DNA of 64,000 bases, from the NCBI RefSeq assembly GCF_036321535.1, contig NC_087436.1:4092001-4156000 (forward strand). The letters are read 5' to 3'. This document shows positions 50,301-63,570 of this stretch, piece by piece. The notes beneath the pieces are model-generated. The model was not told where the DNA came from. It searched no databases and saw nothing but the letters and a program-made list of their open reading frames with translations. Source of the stretch: Camelus dromedarius. Lineage: Eukaryota. The translations under genes and the position numbers were made by a program. Position 1 is the first letter of the stretch. Every line of letters begins with the position of its first letter.

Positions 50301-52690
50301 CCATTCCTCTACTACTACACCTTTTTGTACAAAGTAGGCATTTTCAATGTGCCATTTTAATTTGTTGTTTATTTTATCTTTTTCTTCTCCTCCTCCTCCT
50401 CCTCTTCCTCCTCCTCCTTCTCCTCCATTACCCTGGAGATTATAATTAACATCTTGTTTTAAAGCAATCTAGTTCACATGAATGCCAACTTAATTTCAAT
50501 AGTACACAAAAAATTTGCTTTGGTATCAATCTTTTCCATCCCACTCCTCATGCTGTCACTGTCATACAAATTACACCTTTATGCATTTATAAGCTCATCT
50601 ACACAGTTTCATGAGTATTGTTTTATGCAGTTGTCTTTTACATCAAATAGAAGAAAACACTTACATGTAATACTCTATTTATACTGTTTTATTTTTTACT
50701 CATGTAGTTACCTCTACTAGTGCTCTTTATTTTTCAGGTGAGTGTCCTTTCATTTACACCTGCTGGACTATCCTTAGTATTTCTTGTAGGGCAGGCCTGC
50801 TAGCAATGGATTCTTTCAAATTTTGTTTTTGTAGGAGTGTCTTAATTTCTCCTTTAATTGTTTTGAAGAATCGTTTTACTGGCTATAAAATACTTGCTGA
50901 CAGTCTTTTCCTTTTATCACTTTGATGATACCATCCCACTGCCTTCTGGTCTCCATGGTTTTTGATGAGAAATCAACTGTCTTACTGAGGAGCCTTTTTA
51001 TATGTTGAGCCACTGTTCTCTTTCTGCTGTCAAGATACTTTGTTCTTGTCTTTTGGCACACTGAGTCTGATGTGCCTATTTTAGATCTCTACGTTTATAC
51101 CACGTTGAGTATGTTGAGATGCTGTGATGTACGAATTAATGTTTTCATCAAATTTGGGAAGTTTTCAGCCATTATTTCTTTATATATTCTTTCTACCCCT
51201 TTTTTTCTGTCCTTCCTTCTGCCGCTCCCATTATGTGTGTATTGGTATTGTTGATAGTGTCCCACCTATCTCTGACACAGTGTTCATTTTTTTTTCATTC
51301 CTTTTTCTTTCTGTTCCACAGACTGGATAATCTCAGTAGTTTTAAGTTAACAGACTTTTAGTTCAGCAAGTTCATATCTACAGAGAAACCTCTTATTGAA
51401 TTTTTCATGTTAGTCATTATATTTGTATCTCTAGAATTTCTAGTTGGTTTTTAATATAAATTTTTTCTATTATATTCTCTGTACAATGAGATATTCAGAT
51501 AATTTAATCCTTTAGGCATGGTTTCTGTTAGCTCTTTGAACATATATGTAATTGCTTATTTATGTATTTGTCTAGTAAGTCCAGTGTCTGGGCTTCCGCA
51601 GGGAGTTTCTATTGACTACTTTTTCCCCTGTGTTCTAGCCAAACTTTTCTGTTTCTTTGTACATCTTGTAATTTTCTGTTGAAAACTGGACATTTAAAAT
51701 ATTAAAATGCGGCAGATCTGAAAGAAGAGATTTTCCTCATCTCCAGGGTTTACCGTTGCTTCCGTTGTCATTGCTGCTGCAGCTATTTATTTAGTTACTT
51801 TCCTGAACAAATTCTGTAACGTCTGAATTCTTTATCATGCACAGCCATGAGATCTGTATGTGTGCAAAAAGCCTAGTTGTCATCACTGTAATAGTGATTG
51901 GACAGTGATTTCTTTCAATGCCTGGAGCCAATCATTTTATGAGCTGTTGCCAGGTGGCTGTGTGTCTGCGTGCTGAGGGATGCCCTCAGCACCGGCAGGC
52001 AGTCTGCAGCTCTTCCGTAGCCTTTAGTTCTTGCTTATGCAGAACCTCAAGTTCAGCCAGAGTTGAAGGCTGAAGATTTTCTCAGATCTTTCCTTGCCAT
52101 GTGCCACACATGTGTACGGCCTTCTACAATTCTCAGAATTTTTTGGAGCTTTTTAACCCTACCTCCACCCCCAGAAGGTCTCATTACTCAATTTTGTCTT
52201 CTAAGTTTCCTAGTCAGCATCTAGATAGCCTCTACTGGTACCACTGCCTCAGGCAGTTGTAATGTTAAATACTCACTGCTGATTCTTTTCCACAAACACT
52301 CTGGGGACAGGCTGTTTGCACAGCCTGAGTTTGAGATAGGTCAAAGAGTGACAGCTCTCTGGGGACGGATTTTTTGGGTAACTTCAAATCAATTCTGCCC
52401 CTACCTTGATTGTGAGACTGTTGCTTTTAAAGGCCACCATTTAGGTGAGGATACGGGGACGGGGGTATATCAAGTTACAATGCCACTAAACTCACTATCT
52501 TTATGGAGATTTAGCTGTTTTTTTTTTTCTCAAATAAATACTTCCCGGATTGCTGGAAGCCTTTGTTTAAATTCCAGAGTTCTGCAGAGGTAAATTTTGA
52601 CAAATTTTGCCATTGTCATTGCTTCATAGAGGAGTAAGTTTTCCAAGATTTTTACTCAGATATTCTAGAAGTGTATCCCATTTGCATTTG
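47335..52690 (-). mobile_element. Older L1M (L1MB/MC-like) LINE-1, decayed
   Basis: L1MB-type 3' end (ACAGCTTTATGGAGATATAATTCACATACC) at 47335, ORF2-like antisense sequence to ~50200, ORF1 remnant DFSSKTMETRRQWDGI at 50876-51061. Confidence 0.8.
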
Positions 52691-54049
52691 TTTTTAACTG
52701 AGTTGCTCGCAAGACTAACTAATTCTACAGCTCCAGCCCCATTCACATAAGAGTCCATCTTCATGGCTTCTCCTACAGGGAGCAGTGTGCAACCTGTTGT
52801 CAGTTTATTGTTTTTCTTATTAAAGCGTAGGAGTTTTTAAAAATATGCTCATGAATAGCCCTTTGTCATGTTTACACGTTACAAAACTTCCACTAGTCTG
52901 TGGCTATTTTTTTCCCTCACTTTTCGTTGCTTTAATGAAGTTCTCACTATTAAGGATTTTCAGTATAGCAGTATGTGGATGCTGATCACACGGGTGAGAC
53001 ATTCAACTACTGTCTAAACCTCAGTCTTTGCTCTAATTCATTGTCTAGAGTATCTGAACACATCTACTGAACCCCGTATACCAATGAATGCTGACAGCCC
53101 TAATTTAAAAAAAATGCTTTTTAAGTAAAGCAAAAAATATTACCTTTGACACTGGAAAAGACAAATCTCAAATTTCCTAGCTCATCTTGCTTTCTGTGAT
53201 CATTAGCTACATCATGTTTATAGATCCGACCGGCATAATGAGCTACTGATTTTATTTCATTGGATTTTAGAATGCAGAACACATTTCAGGCCCACTTATA
53301 TCACCATATGTGTAGCTTTAAGGATATGTACATATGATGATGTCTTTGTTTTAACTACCTTATTTTATTTTAAGTACCTACTGCTGTGAACCTCATTAAG
53401 GAAAGCCTGGAACTGCAGAACTGAAATTTTTCATACCACCATCATCCTGTAGCATCTCTTTTACACTTAGATGTTGTGTGGCAGAGTATTTTTCTGCTCC
53501 CTAGAAATGATCAATGTTGAAGGTGAAAAAAAAACTCTCCTCTAATAAGTATAGTCTAAATCACACACTTATCTGAACAATGGCCACCATTTTAGTCCAC
53601 ACCAATCCATCTACTCATACTGACTCAGAGTCCTCAATACAGACAATCCAGCACTGAAGTCAGGGTCCTCAGCACACGTTCTATCCCCTCCCCATTCCTT
53701 GTTGTTTCTGACCTACTTTTGTCCAACGCGTCCTGCCCGTCTTTTCGCTGCCTGACTGCAGTTTTTAATTTTTACCTTTGAGTTCCAGGTTGCACCTATT
53801 GATTTCCAGAGAAAGACCAGACACCTTGCTCATCAGGAGGTGCTGGGAGGATTTCAGGAAGCTGTTACCCTAACTCAATTGCAGATCAGTGAGTGGCTGT
53901 TGTGACCATTCCTTCTAGATCTCTGCCATGCCAGCTGCATCCACCCCAGCAAAATAACGTAGCTCCTCCAACGACCTCTGCCTCCATTCATCTGGGTTTC
54001 TGCTTTCAGTGGCACTCAGATGCTGCTGATGTGCATTATATATATATTT

Positions 54050-54270
54050 TTTTTTAACTGAAGTATAGTCAGTTGCAATGTGTTAATTTCTGATGTACAG
54101 CACAATATTCCAGTCATTCATATACACATATGTATGAATTCCTTTTCATATTGTTTTTCATTAAAGGTTATTACAAGATATTAAATATAGTTCCCTGTGC
54201 TATACAGAAGAAATTTAGGTTTTTTAGCTATTTTAATATATAGTAGTTAATATTTGCAAATCTCAATCTC
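54050..54270 (-). mobile_element. Short LINE-1 3' end
   Basis: T-run followed by ACTGAAGTATAGTCAGTT...TATAGTTCCCTGTGCTATACAG. Confidence 0.75.
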
Positions 54271-56560
54271 TGATGGGCATTTTTAAAGCCACATCTGGAA
54301 CCCTTGCTGCAGAAGAGTCTGAGAAATATATTTTCAACCTCATAGCCTTTTGGTTAGGAAGTTGGAATAAAGGCTGAGCTGGCTCACCTAACTTGTTTGC
54401 CTTTGTGAGTAAAGAGGACTGGAGTTTCAAGGCCCAATGAAATATCCCAGAATTTCAGTAGCAAACTCTTAAAGCAACCAAAATGCTCCCATCTACCAGA
54501 GCATGCCTTGTCCTTAGACACTGCTGGACATAACCACCAACGCTGTCTAAGGCATCGTCTTCATCTGGAGCACACCTTCTTCAGATGTCTAATATCCTGA
54601 TTAACAGTACAAGCTGGTTTGGATTCCAAAGGTCACAGGCAGACTTCTGCCTGACTTTGGTGTCTATATGCTCATTGAAGAGTCCTCTCTTAGATCAGTA
54701 AGGGCCGCCTGGTGTGTGGTTTGCCAGAGAATGTGGGTGCAGTGCTCCCTACCGGAGTCCTACCAGTTGTTTTATTGCAGGAAGAGAGAGAGCAAAAGAG
54801 ACAGAACAGGAAGTTCTTGTCCAGACTCAAATACAGCCACCCCCACCCAGGGCTCTTGCTCTGGGACACACAGCAGTGCAGGTCAGCAGTGACGTGGCCC
54901 TGGTGTATTCCAAAACATGGTGTGGTTGTACTGGGCTATCTGTGTCTTTCATGGACCCTGCAAAGTTCTCAGCTTTGTGAAATGGGGAACTAAGGAACAC
55001 CCACCCATGCCTGTAGCTCCCAGAGTTTGCACCCTTACAGGTTTTGAGGATTCGCTGGTAATTCATTCTTTTTCACCAAGTCATTTCTCAGTTACACGGC
55101 AGTCCTGTGACTTCCTTATCAGAACTGCTCCTTAAGATAGGGATTTAGTGAAAGATGCCATTTTACCCTGTAAGTTCATATTCAGGGAGGAGGAGGAAGA
55201 CAGCACAGATCAGAATTGCTGTTTTGCTTTTTTTGTTATTTTTTTCATTAGCCGTCTCCTGTTGTCAAATAGACACTGAGCAAATGAATGACTGTTACAC
55301 TCCCATTTGAAGGATGAGGAAAATGACACTCAGGGAGAGGAGGCAAACTTCCTGAGGTTTCAAAGACAAAAAGGGAAGAGCAAAGAATAAGATCCCTGCA
55401 AATTTCGTGGCTGTCATCAGCCTTTAGGTCAGTGACAGAGTGCTGTGTGTAGTAGTAAAGCTGTAGCATGACTTTAGAAGGGTGAAGATGTTCTTGTTTT
55501 TGTTGATACAATCACACTGTTTTGTCTGGGACTCTGAAAAAGAGAAATGGGTTAGAAAATGTTGGTTTCTCATCCTTGGTCCTTCCTCCCCCTCACAGAT
55601 ATGGACCCTTCCATCTGTAGCAGGAATAAGACAGCCCCAGCCTTCCCATCTCATGAGATCAGTACTCATTCATTTCATCCCTGCCCCCCTGTAGGTGATA
55701 AAGCACAGCATGATTTTCATGTCCTGCTTCACTGATTCTTGTGAAATTAGGTGTTTGAAGATAGAAACTCATGAAAGGAAGCTCCTTTTTTTTATATATA
55801 AAGTGCAGTAATTTTCTTAGCAGAGAAGGTAATTGAGGATTTTCTTCATTGAAAATCAATAGAGATTTCAAGAGCATCTGTATTTCTGATGCATAGATTA
55901 AAATGACAAAATCTAGAGGGATTACAGAAATACAAGGAAGACACCAAAAGTGTCTTTAAAGAGCTTTTCTAAGACTGGGCTTGTAAAGAGACTGTTAGTT
56001 GACAGAGACCCTCTTCTCACCCATAGTCCCTCTCCTTAGGTTGCAAAGGGCCAGCGTTTCCCCTGTGTGCAGTCCTGGTGCTTCAAGTGAGTTGTGGGGC
56101 AGGGCGGTGCACATGGTGCTGCCTTCAGTTTGTCCATCCTAAGTAACCCCTGGCAGTCAGAGGGCGAGTGTTTTGCAACCTCATAAACCAGCCGCCATGC
56201 TCTCCGGGGTGTGTGCTCATCTCAGCTCATCCCGGCTCAGGTGAAGGCAGAGCAGAGAGTGGTGGCAAGAGGTCAGCCATGAGTAGCAGGGAGCACCTGG
56301 AGTCAGCTGGGACCCAAGTGGCCAGGAGTTCCAGGTGGAATTCCCAGGACTTCCCACAGCTCATTCATTCAGCTAATACTTCTCCAGCACCTGTGATGTG
56401 CTGGAGGTTCCGTTGTGAACAGAACCAAATCCCTGCCCTCATGAAGTTGACGTTCTAGTGGACATGAGAAATGATACACGCAGAAGCAGATCCAGGTCAG
56501 GACACATGAGTGCTGTCAATTTTGGAGTGCACAAGGTGAGATCATTTGGGAAGGAATGTA

Positions 56561-57169
56561 TGATACAGGAAAATGTGGGGGAGGGGATGGCCGTATCCCA
56601 GGTCTTATTTGGGACCCTGGGATGCACCTCGCCAAGTGTGGGTCCTTGGTTTGCGCAGGAACGAATCCAAGAGAGAGCCACAGTTCAGTTAAGGTAGATT
56701 TATTCAGAGGGATATATACTCCATAGACAGAGTGGGCTGTTTCAGAAGGCAAGAGAAAGGCCATGAGGCGTGGGAGTTGGGTGCTCCAGTTTAAAGTAAA
56801 AGTAGATACACACTCCACAGACAGAGTGTGGGCTGTCTCCCTCAGCAGAGAGAGCAGCCACAAGGTGTGGGGTTAGTTTTTATGCACTCAGTATCTTCAT
56901 ATGCTAATAAGTGGGAGGACTATTCCAACCGCTTTGGGGAAGGTGTTGGGATTCCCAGAAATTGGGCCACCACTCACCCTTTGACATTTTATGGTCAGCC
57001 ATGAACCTGTCCTGGCACCTGTGGGAGTGCCATCTAGCATCCTGCTGTATTTTGGTGAGTGTGTATTGAAGCTCAAGTTCTACTGGGAGTTGACTTTTCC
57101 ATTGTTTTGGTGCTAATGGCTGTGCCATTCTTTTAATGCCTGTGCCCGGCCCCCTTCCCTCCTGTCTCA
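56561..57169 (-). mobile_element. Solo ERV1-class LTR
   Basis: Termini TGATACAGG...CCTGTCTCA, flanks tgta/tgaa (4-bp TSD with one mismatch), internal ~100-bp duplication, AATAAA on minus near 56700. Confidence 0.75.
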
Positions 57170-59140
57170 TGAAGGAGCTCTGGACTGATTGCACAATTGC
57201 AGATCAGGGGACAGAGTGGAAAGAACTTCATAAGTGGAAGGTGGAAGGCAGTGTTGGCAGTAGAATTGTCAAGTCAATTGTAAAGTAAGGGTCTTCTGTT
57301 TGCTGGGGGTACCTGGTGTCACATGAGGGAGCTGTGAGCCTTGGGGACTTCAGTGAGTGGGTGGCTCACTGTGTATACTGTGTTGCTTCTTAGGCGGCCC
57401 GAGGACAGTTGGCTTATAGGTGACCCATTCACTCAAGCAGTGGTCTCTTTGGGGATTTTCTGCATGTGAGGCTAACATGGGTCACATGGGGGGCAGGTCC
57501 GGCCAGTCACAGCTTGGTCCACAGTCACCTAGCACCCTCAAGACTTTCATCCCATGGATGTGTCACCTCCACCTGGATGGGGACAAGGGCACAAGTGGCG
57601 GGGCAGCTTCTCAGTGGTGGAGGCATTGCTCTCCAGACCCAACACTCAACAGCGTGGACCCCTGGTTTTGGCCACAGTCTTGGCTAGATGAGGCTGTTGG
57701 GTAGCTGAGCTCATGAGAGGTGGGTGCCATGCTTCCAATCTCACCAAAAGCTCTACTTTTGAAGGTTCCGGTCAGAGAGCCACAAATACTCCCTAGCCCA
57801 TAAACAAAGAACAGTATCTTTCAATTAGGGAAGGCACACAGAAGGAGAACGGATCATCCCGAGAGCAGGAGAGGCCAAATCAGTCCTGCCATCAGGGGTC
57901 TGACAGATGAGCCAGCTCAGTTCCTTTTACTAGTTGTTTACTTGGAGGATCTGGGGTATTTGGGTGACCTGAAAGTGTCAGGAAATAGTACACGAGGGCT
58001 TTTTAGATTTTGTGGTCCGGTGTTAACTCACCCCATTGTAGCTGTTGTGCAAGGAAACAAAACTTGGTGGACAACAGGCCATGGCCTCTGCTCCCTGATG
58101 GAGCCAGGAGATTACAATGCTAAGTACGACTGCGGGGGCATCATTTCTATGTTGAGAGGCCAGATGGCCTTACATATCTCTCATGCTGGATGTCTAAGTT
58201 GCAGAGGGAAACTGGATTCCATCCAGCTCTCCAGCCAAGGAGGAGACCAGAAGTGGCCTCCCCCACCAACTGTGAGCTCTTTGCCTCCACTGACAGCAGA
58301 ATCTATAGCAAAAAGCTGGGCTGCCACCTGCGTTTCCGTGTAAACATCTGAGTACCCACAGCAATGGCCTCGTGAGGGTTGGTGTGCCCAAGGAAGCGGT
58401 GTGTGGGACGGTGGGAGGAGTGCCAGGGTCAGACACCGGGAGGGCAGGCAGGCAGTGATGACATCTGTGCAGCGCAGGCACCATGGAACTGAGACAAAGG
58501 GAGGCGGGTTTGGAGCAGGGAGCCAGAGCATTGCCTTGTTGCTCGTAAGAAGATCCTGGGCTCTGGATCCAAGAAGTCATTGGCTTGATTCCTGACCCCA
58601 ACCCTCATCTTGGGCAAATGTTTGAAGCTTTCTGTGACTCTGTTTCTTGGTGTCCCAAATGGGGACAATAGTAGCAATTACCTCAGAGAGTCAGGAGGGC
58701 CTTTATAGATGTCATTTCATTACGCTCACAGCAGCCCACGACCACGGTTCTAGGTCCCCCAGTTTACACGTGGCAGACGGGTAACCTTTTAATCAGTAAT
58801 CATGCAGCTAAGAATGGTCAGAACCAGCATTTGAATTTGATCCCTGTGTCCAGGTTATTTCTATTCTCACTCAGTATTACTGGAAAACTAGCAAAGTTAG
58901 AACAAACACTGCTGGGAAGTGGGTGCTTGAAACATGTTTGTCATTTTCGCCATTGGGGAGTGTTGAGTTCACGTTCCTCACAGCCCGTCTGAGGCTCCCT
59001 GCGTCTCCGGCTGCCCCTGCTGGGGTCTGCAGGGCTCTGGGCAGCTTCTCCTTGATCTCTACCCCAAGGCTCTCTGCTCTCTACAGGTTGATTCTCAACC
59101 CTGACTGCTCAGTAGAGCTAATGTCTAAAAACAAGAAAAG

Positions 59141-59278
59141 TGGGGAGGGTACGGCTCAGTGGTAGAGCACGTGCTTAGTATGCAAGAGGTCCTGGGTTCA
59201 ATTCCCAGTACCTCCATTAAAATAAATAAATCTAACTACCCCCCCAAAAAAGGAAAGAAGTATTTAAAAAACAATAAA
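59141..59278 (+). mobile_element. tRNA-derived SINE inserted in a MER5-like element
   Basis: GGGGAGGGTACGGCTCAGTGGTAGAG...GGTTCAATTCCCAGTACCTCC + A-rich tail. Confidence 0.9.
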
Positions 59279-60635
59279 CAGTACAAAGTCCCCACTCCAG
59301 GCTGGGGCGCACTATAATTAAAAGGCTCCCAGATGCTTCCCATGTGCAGGACGGTGAGAGCTACCCCTCTACACCTCTTCTCGTGAGCTTGTCCACTCTC
59401 ACCCATTAGCCTCTTGAAACAGGAAAACTACTTGGCTCAGCCTAGAACTTTCTCCCGATTTCTAGACTTTTATTTGCTTACTGGACATCTCTCCTGGAGC
59501 CCACAGGCACCCAGCCACAACTGAATCTGTTGTCTCCTCTGATGACTTGCCCCTCTTCCTGCCCTTCTTATTTCAGGGAACGGCACTATAATTTAGGACA
59601 CTGCCAAAGCCAGAAATCTGGCCGGTATCTTTGACCTCTTCCTGCCCTTCCATCACACCTGTGGCCAATCCGTCCACCTGCAGAAATGTTTTCTTCTCTC
59701 TCCTCCTGGCGGGGCCTCAGCAGGCCTTCACATGAACCTGCCAATAGGTCTCCCTGCCTCCATCTTTTCTCTTTCTACATCACTTTGCATGTCTCCTCTA
59801 CCTTGGAGGTGCACAGAGTCCTGTGTGATGTGCACCTGTGATCTCTCCACCTGGTTGCCTCACCTGCCTCCCACACCCTGTGCTCGCTTCTAGACTATTT
59901 GCAGTTCCTGGAAGGGACCTGGCTCTCTTTGGCCTCCCTCCTTTGCATGTGCAGCTCCCCAGGGAGAAATGGCCTTAACATTATACCTTCACCTGATCAC
60001 TTCTAGGGCATCTCAGAACTCACCACAGTGGTTCCCTCCTCTGGGAGAGCCTTGGCTACAGTTCTGGTTCTCTGCCCCGAGCACCCTCTGCTGACTGTTA
60101 TCCAAGCCCTCTTAACACGCCTTCTCAGCCATCATTTCACGTTGACTCCTGTGCACCTAGGAGCTCCCAGAAGCAGGGACTGTGTCTTTTTTCTCTATTC
60201 TCAGAGCATGGTAGAGACTCAGGTATAATGGTGGAGGGAACAGTGGTTATTCTGGAATTTCTCTAGAGTTGGGGCCTAGGGGTAACAGTCTGGTTGGAAG
60301 AAGGGCTTAGGGGATTTACCCAGAAGCCACATTTTCAATTAACATTTCATGTTGTTTTTGTCTACTATTTGAAGTTACAAGTCTTAAAACAGAATGACGA
60401 TTTCTAAAAATTACTTTACCGAAGATTGAGGAAAATGGCAGTTTTCCACATTTAAGAATATTATTTTAATTTTGTGTGACTGGGGTGGTGGAAAATAGAA
60501 ATGCAGTTTCTACTAAAGCATTCTCATCCCCTTCCCCACCCTCAGGTCCTTCGGACAGAAGAGACAGAGGGATGTGAGGAGAAGGCTTGGAGGGTGGACC
60601 ATGTGCTGCTTTTAAATCATGACAGTTACTTGTGC

Positions 60636-60740
60636 TTTTTTTTAAATTTCTTTTTTAATGGAGGTACTGCGGCTTGAACCCAGGACCTTGTACATGCTTA
60701 GCACGTGCTCTACCACTGAGCTATACCCACCCTTCCCCCC
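60636..60740 (-). mobile_element. tRNA-derived SINE
   Basis: ATGGAGGTACTG..TTGAACCCAGGACC...CTACCACTGAGCTATACCC. Confidence 0.9.
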
Positions 60741-61066
60741 GATATTTGTGTTTTTAGTGGGCATAGTGTGCTGGTAGCAGGTACTTTAGCATCAGACACA
60801 GTCACCTGCCTCTGACCATCACGTTAATACCTTTCCCCTGAGCTAGAGAGCTAGATAGCCTGTTTTCCCAAGTTCAATAAATTATCTACATTTTTTTTCT
60901 TAAAAAAAAGGCATTAACTCATGTTTCTCTTTAGTATCACCTATAAATAAATGTGATTTTATAAACCATTTACCAAAGTGTTAAGGGTAATAAATATTAA
61001 GTACAGATCTCTGAAGCATCAGTCATCACTGAAGATCCACATTCTGCTGTTCTCTCTCTCTGTTGG

Positions 61067-61203
61067 TCACCATACTTCTGGAGTTCTGGAAGCGGCGCCA
61101 GGCAGAACTTGAGTACAAATGGGACACGGTTGCGCAGGAAAAACAAGTCCGGCCAGAATAGGAGGTGCCGTGTCCCCACGTGGAGATAGATGAGATTACC
61201 CAG
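61067..61203 (+). pseudogene. ANO6: ANO6 pseudo-exon (~exon 11)
   Basis: TILLEFWKRRQAELEYKWDTVAQEKQVRPE*EVPCPHVEIDEITQ. 6-nt deletion, TAG at 61159-61161, acceptor AG->GG and donor GT->GA. Confidence 0.93.
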
Positions 61204-61254
61204 GAAAAGCGGGTGCTGTTTAGATGCACTTTAGTCTGTTTACTTCTGGGCTTG

Positions 61255-61425
61255 TCAGCCTTGGCTACATGTTGGAATCACCAGGGGACCTTAAGAAATG
61301 TTGGTGCCTGGATTCCATCACTGCAAACTCTGATGGTACTTAGTGGCCTGGGGTGCATTCTGGCATAGGGAAGTTTTTAAAGCTCCTCTGGTTATTCTAA
61401 TGTGCAGCCAAGTTGAAGGAGCACT
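61255..61425. mobile_element. MER5A-like hAT MITE
   Basis: GGAATCACCAGGGG...AAAGCTCCTCTGGTTATTCTAATGTGCAGCCAAGTTGA. Confidence 0.6.
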
Positions 61426-63494
61426 GCCTGGAATGGTGGACACAGAAGAGAAGTGAGGTCCTTCCTTCATAATAACAGTAAAAAGGGGGAAAAGAAAAAG
61501 ACTGGTATAAGTGTATAAGAAAAGAGGCATTGATTTGTATCCTTTCATAACACCAATAAAAAAATGCAAAATATAAATTAGCCGCTATGACATGGATGTA
61601 GAAGGAAAGACACATTGGTTTTTATAGTTGACTCCCGTTTTTTCACATGTGCCTTCATTATTGCGGCCTCCTTTTCATTGTAGACTAGGTGCCCCTTTGT
61701 CTTTAATTAAGTCCCGGTCACTGCTCCCCCTTCCGTTTGGGATGTGCACAAAGCAGCATGGCTCTCATCCTAAAGTCACAGAAAGGGTAGAAGAAGCAGG
61801 GAATTCTTTGTTGAGGTGCCATCAGTATTTGAGCAGTGTTTGAGCTAGGCATTTTATATAATTGGAAGTGTAAATTTATTGCTGCCACTCCTGCTGCAAA
61901 ATTAAGAAAATAAAACTATATATCTTTGTATCAACATTCCAGAGCTATGAAAAGATGATTTTTGAGTCATCTGTATTATTGCTTCTTTCCATCAGCTGAG
62001 ATAATTTAGAGCTGATGGTACTTGTAGTCAGCAGCAGCAGGACAGTAGGTTGTGAGCATGAATAACTCTTGGAAAGAAAATGCTTTTACTAGGAGCATCT
62101 GAAAATGTCTCCAACTATAGATTTAATAAATTGAATCACAGATCTACGGAATGTTTGCACTGAAAAGGTCTGGAGGGAGCAGGTCAAACTCCTCTTTTTA
62201 TAAATGGAAAAAAATGAGGTTCAGCTACCAATAGAAAGTGACATTTGTCTTTTACAATGTAATAAGCTTCTAACAATCCCCATTATGAATAGTTCCCATT
62301 GTTTACAACTGAAGATGGGGGTCAAAGCATATGTTGGTGAAAGACTGTACATTCAGAGATGAAAGCTGAAACTTAGACAAAATTAGATGTTCATAATGTT
62401 TTTGAGTCCTGAAGAACAAAAACGTATCATATTGGCAACATACAAAAAATACTGAAGAAAAGTTTTTTGGTCATTTAAACTGCCAATTTTAAATTTTAAA
62501 TTGCCAACTAATAAGTTTAAGTTTTCATTGGAACAAGCTTGTTGAAAAATTGAAGATGAAGACTCATTTCACTTTATCATTTTTCCTTCTTTAAAAAATT
62601 AACTTTTTTTTAGTTTTTTAATTGAAGAGTTTTACTTTAATTGCAAATGCATGCTCCATTGTTTAGAGAGGCCAGCGTTGTGGTAGTGAGACCTTGGGAA
62701 TGAAGTTGCCTAAATTCATATTTGAACACAGCAGCTTGCTTCCTGAGTGATCTTGGACATCTTAAATTCTCTGTGCCATAGTTTCCTATAAAATAAGAAT
62801 AAGAGAGTTGCTTCCTCATGACTGTGATAAGGACGGGTTGAATTAATGTGCAGAATCTACTTGGAAGACTTCCTGGCACAGAGGAAGGGCCATGTACTTA
62901 GTGACAGCTATTATTATACTATATCTGCTTTTATTATCCAGGTAAAACTTGAGTCTTACTGATTTCATCTCTAAAAATGAAATCTAATCATAAACTCTAA
63001 ATTGGAAACTCTAAAACTTCATAGTTGTAGCTAATTAACACATAAAGCTCAACCAAGAAACACACAGTGGAGACCAGGTAGCTGCAGACACCTGTGAAAC
63101 TTTCTGTTCTGCACGGACTCTAAGCTGTCACTAGCGTCACTTCTGAAATCTAAGGCAAGCTCAGGAATACAGCTTTACAGCTTGGCCTCGTCAGGTACCC
63201 AGACCCCTAAGCTCAGACCATGGCAGGGAAACAATTTGCTGTTCACATGTGCACTTACAAAAAATAGTATTAAAATGAACACTGTACATATTTTGTTGTG
63301 TGTTTGACATCGTTAACAGAAAAGAAAAGGAAAAAAAAAAAAAGGAAAAAAACCCATGCAGTTACAAATAAGGAGGCTATGTCTGAAAATTATTATTTTT
63401 TTTTTAATTATGTTTAGGATTTAGTGGCCAGTTAGGAGACAAATCATTTCACTGGTGTAATCCCTTGATTGACTAAACTTGTTTTTTTAATTAG

Positions 63495-63570
63495 GAAGAA
63501 GAGCTTGTTCCCTTTACCACCTGGGGAAAGTGTATACATATAACCCTTTGTGCAAGTGCTCTTTTTCTGG
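63495..63570 (+). pseudogene. ANO6: ANO6 pseudo-exon (~exon 12)
   Basis: EEELVPFTTWGKCIHITLCASA/FFW. 76 nt (-2 frameshift); ttag| and |gtaaga intact. Confidence 0.92.

Larger units (their letters stand above)
32633..63570 (+). pseudogene. ANO6: ANO6 (TMEM16F) unprocessed duplicated pseudogene, approx. exons 4-8, 11, 12; probably continues beyond the window
   Basis: Seven collinear, intron-separated exons match recalled ANO6 protein segments. Six of the seven carry frameshifts and/or stops. Confidence 0.93.

Noticed and set aside
32633..63570. Functional ANO6 gene
   Set aside because: Multiple frameshifts and stops, lost splice sites at 61067-61203, two exons not found, and no 5' exons; too many varied lesions for sequencing error.
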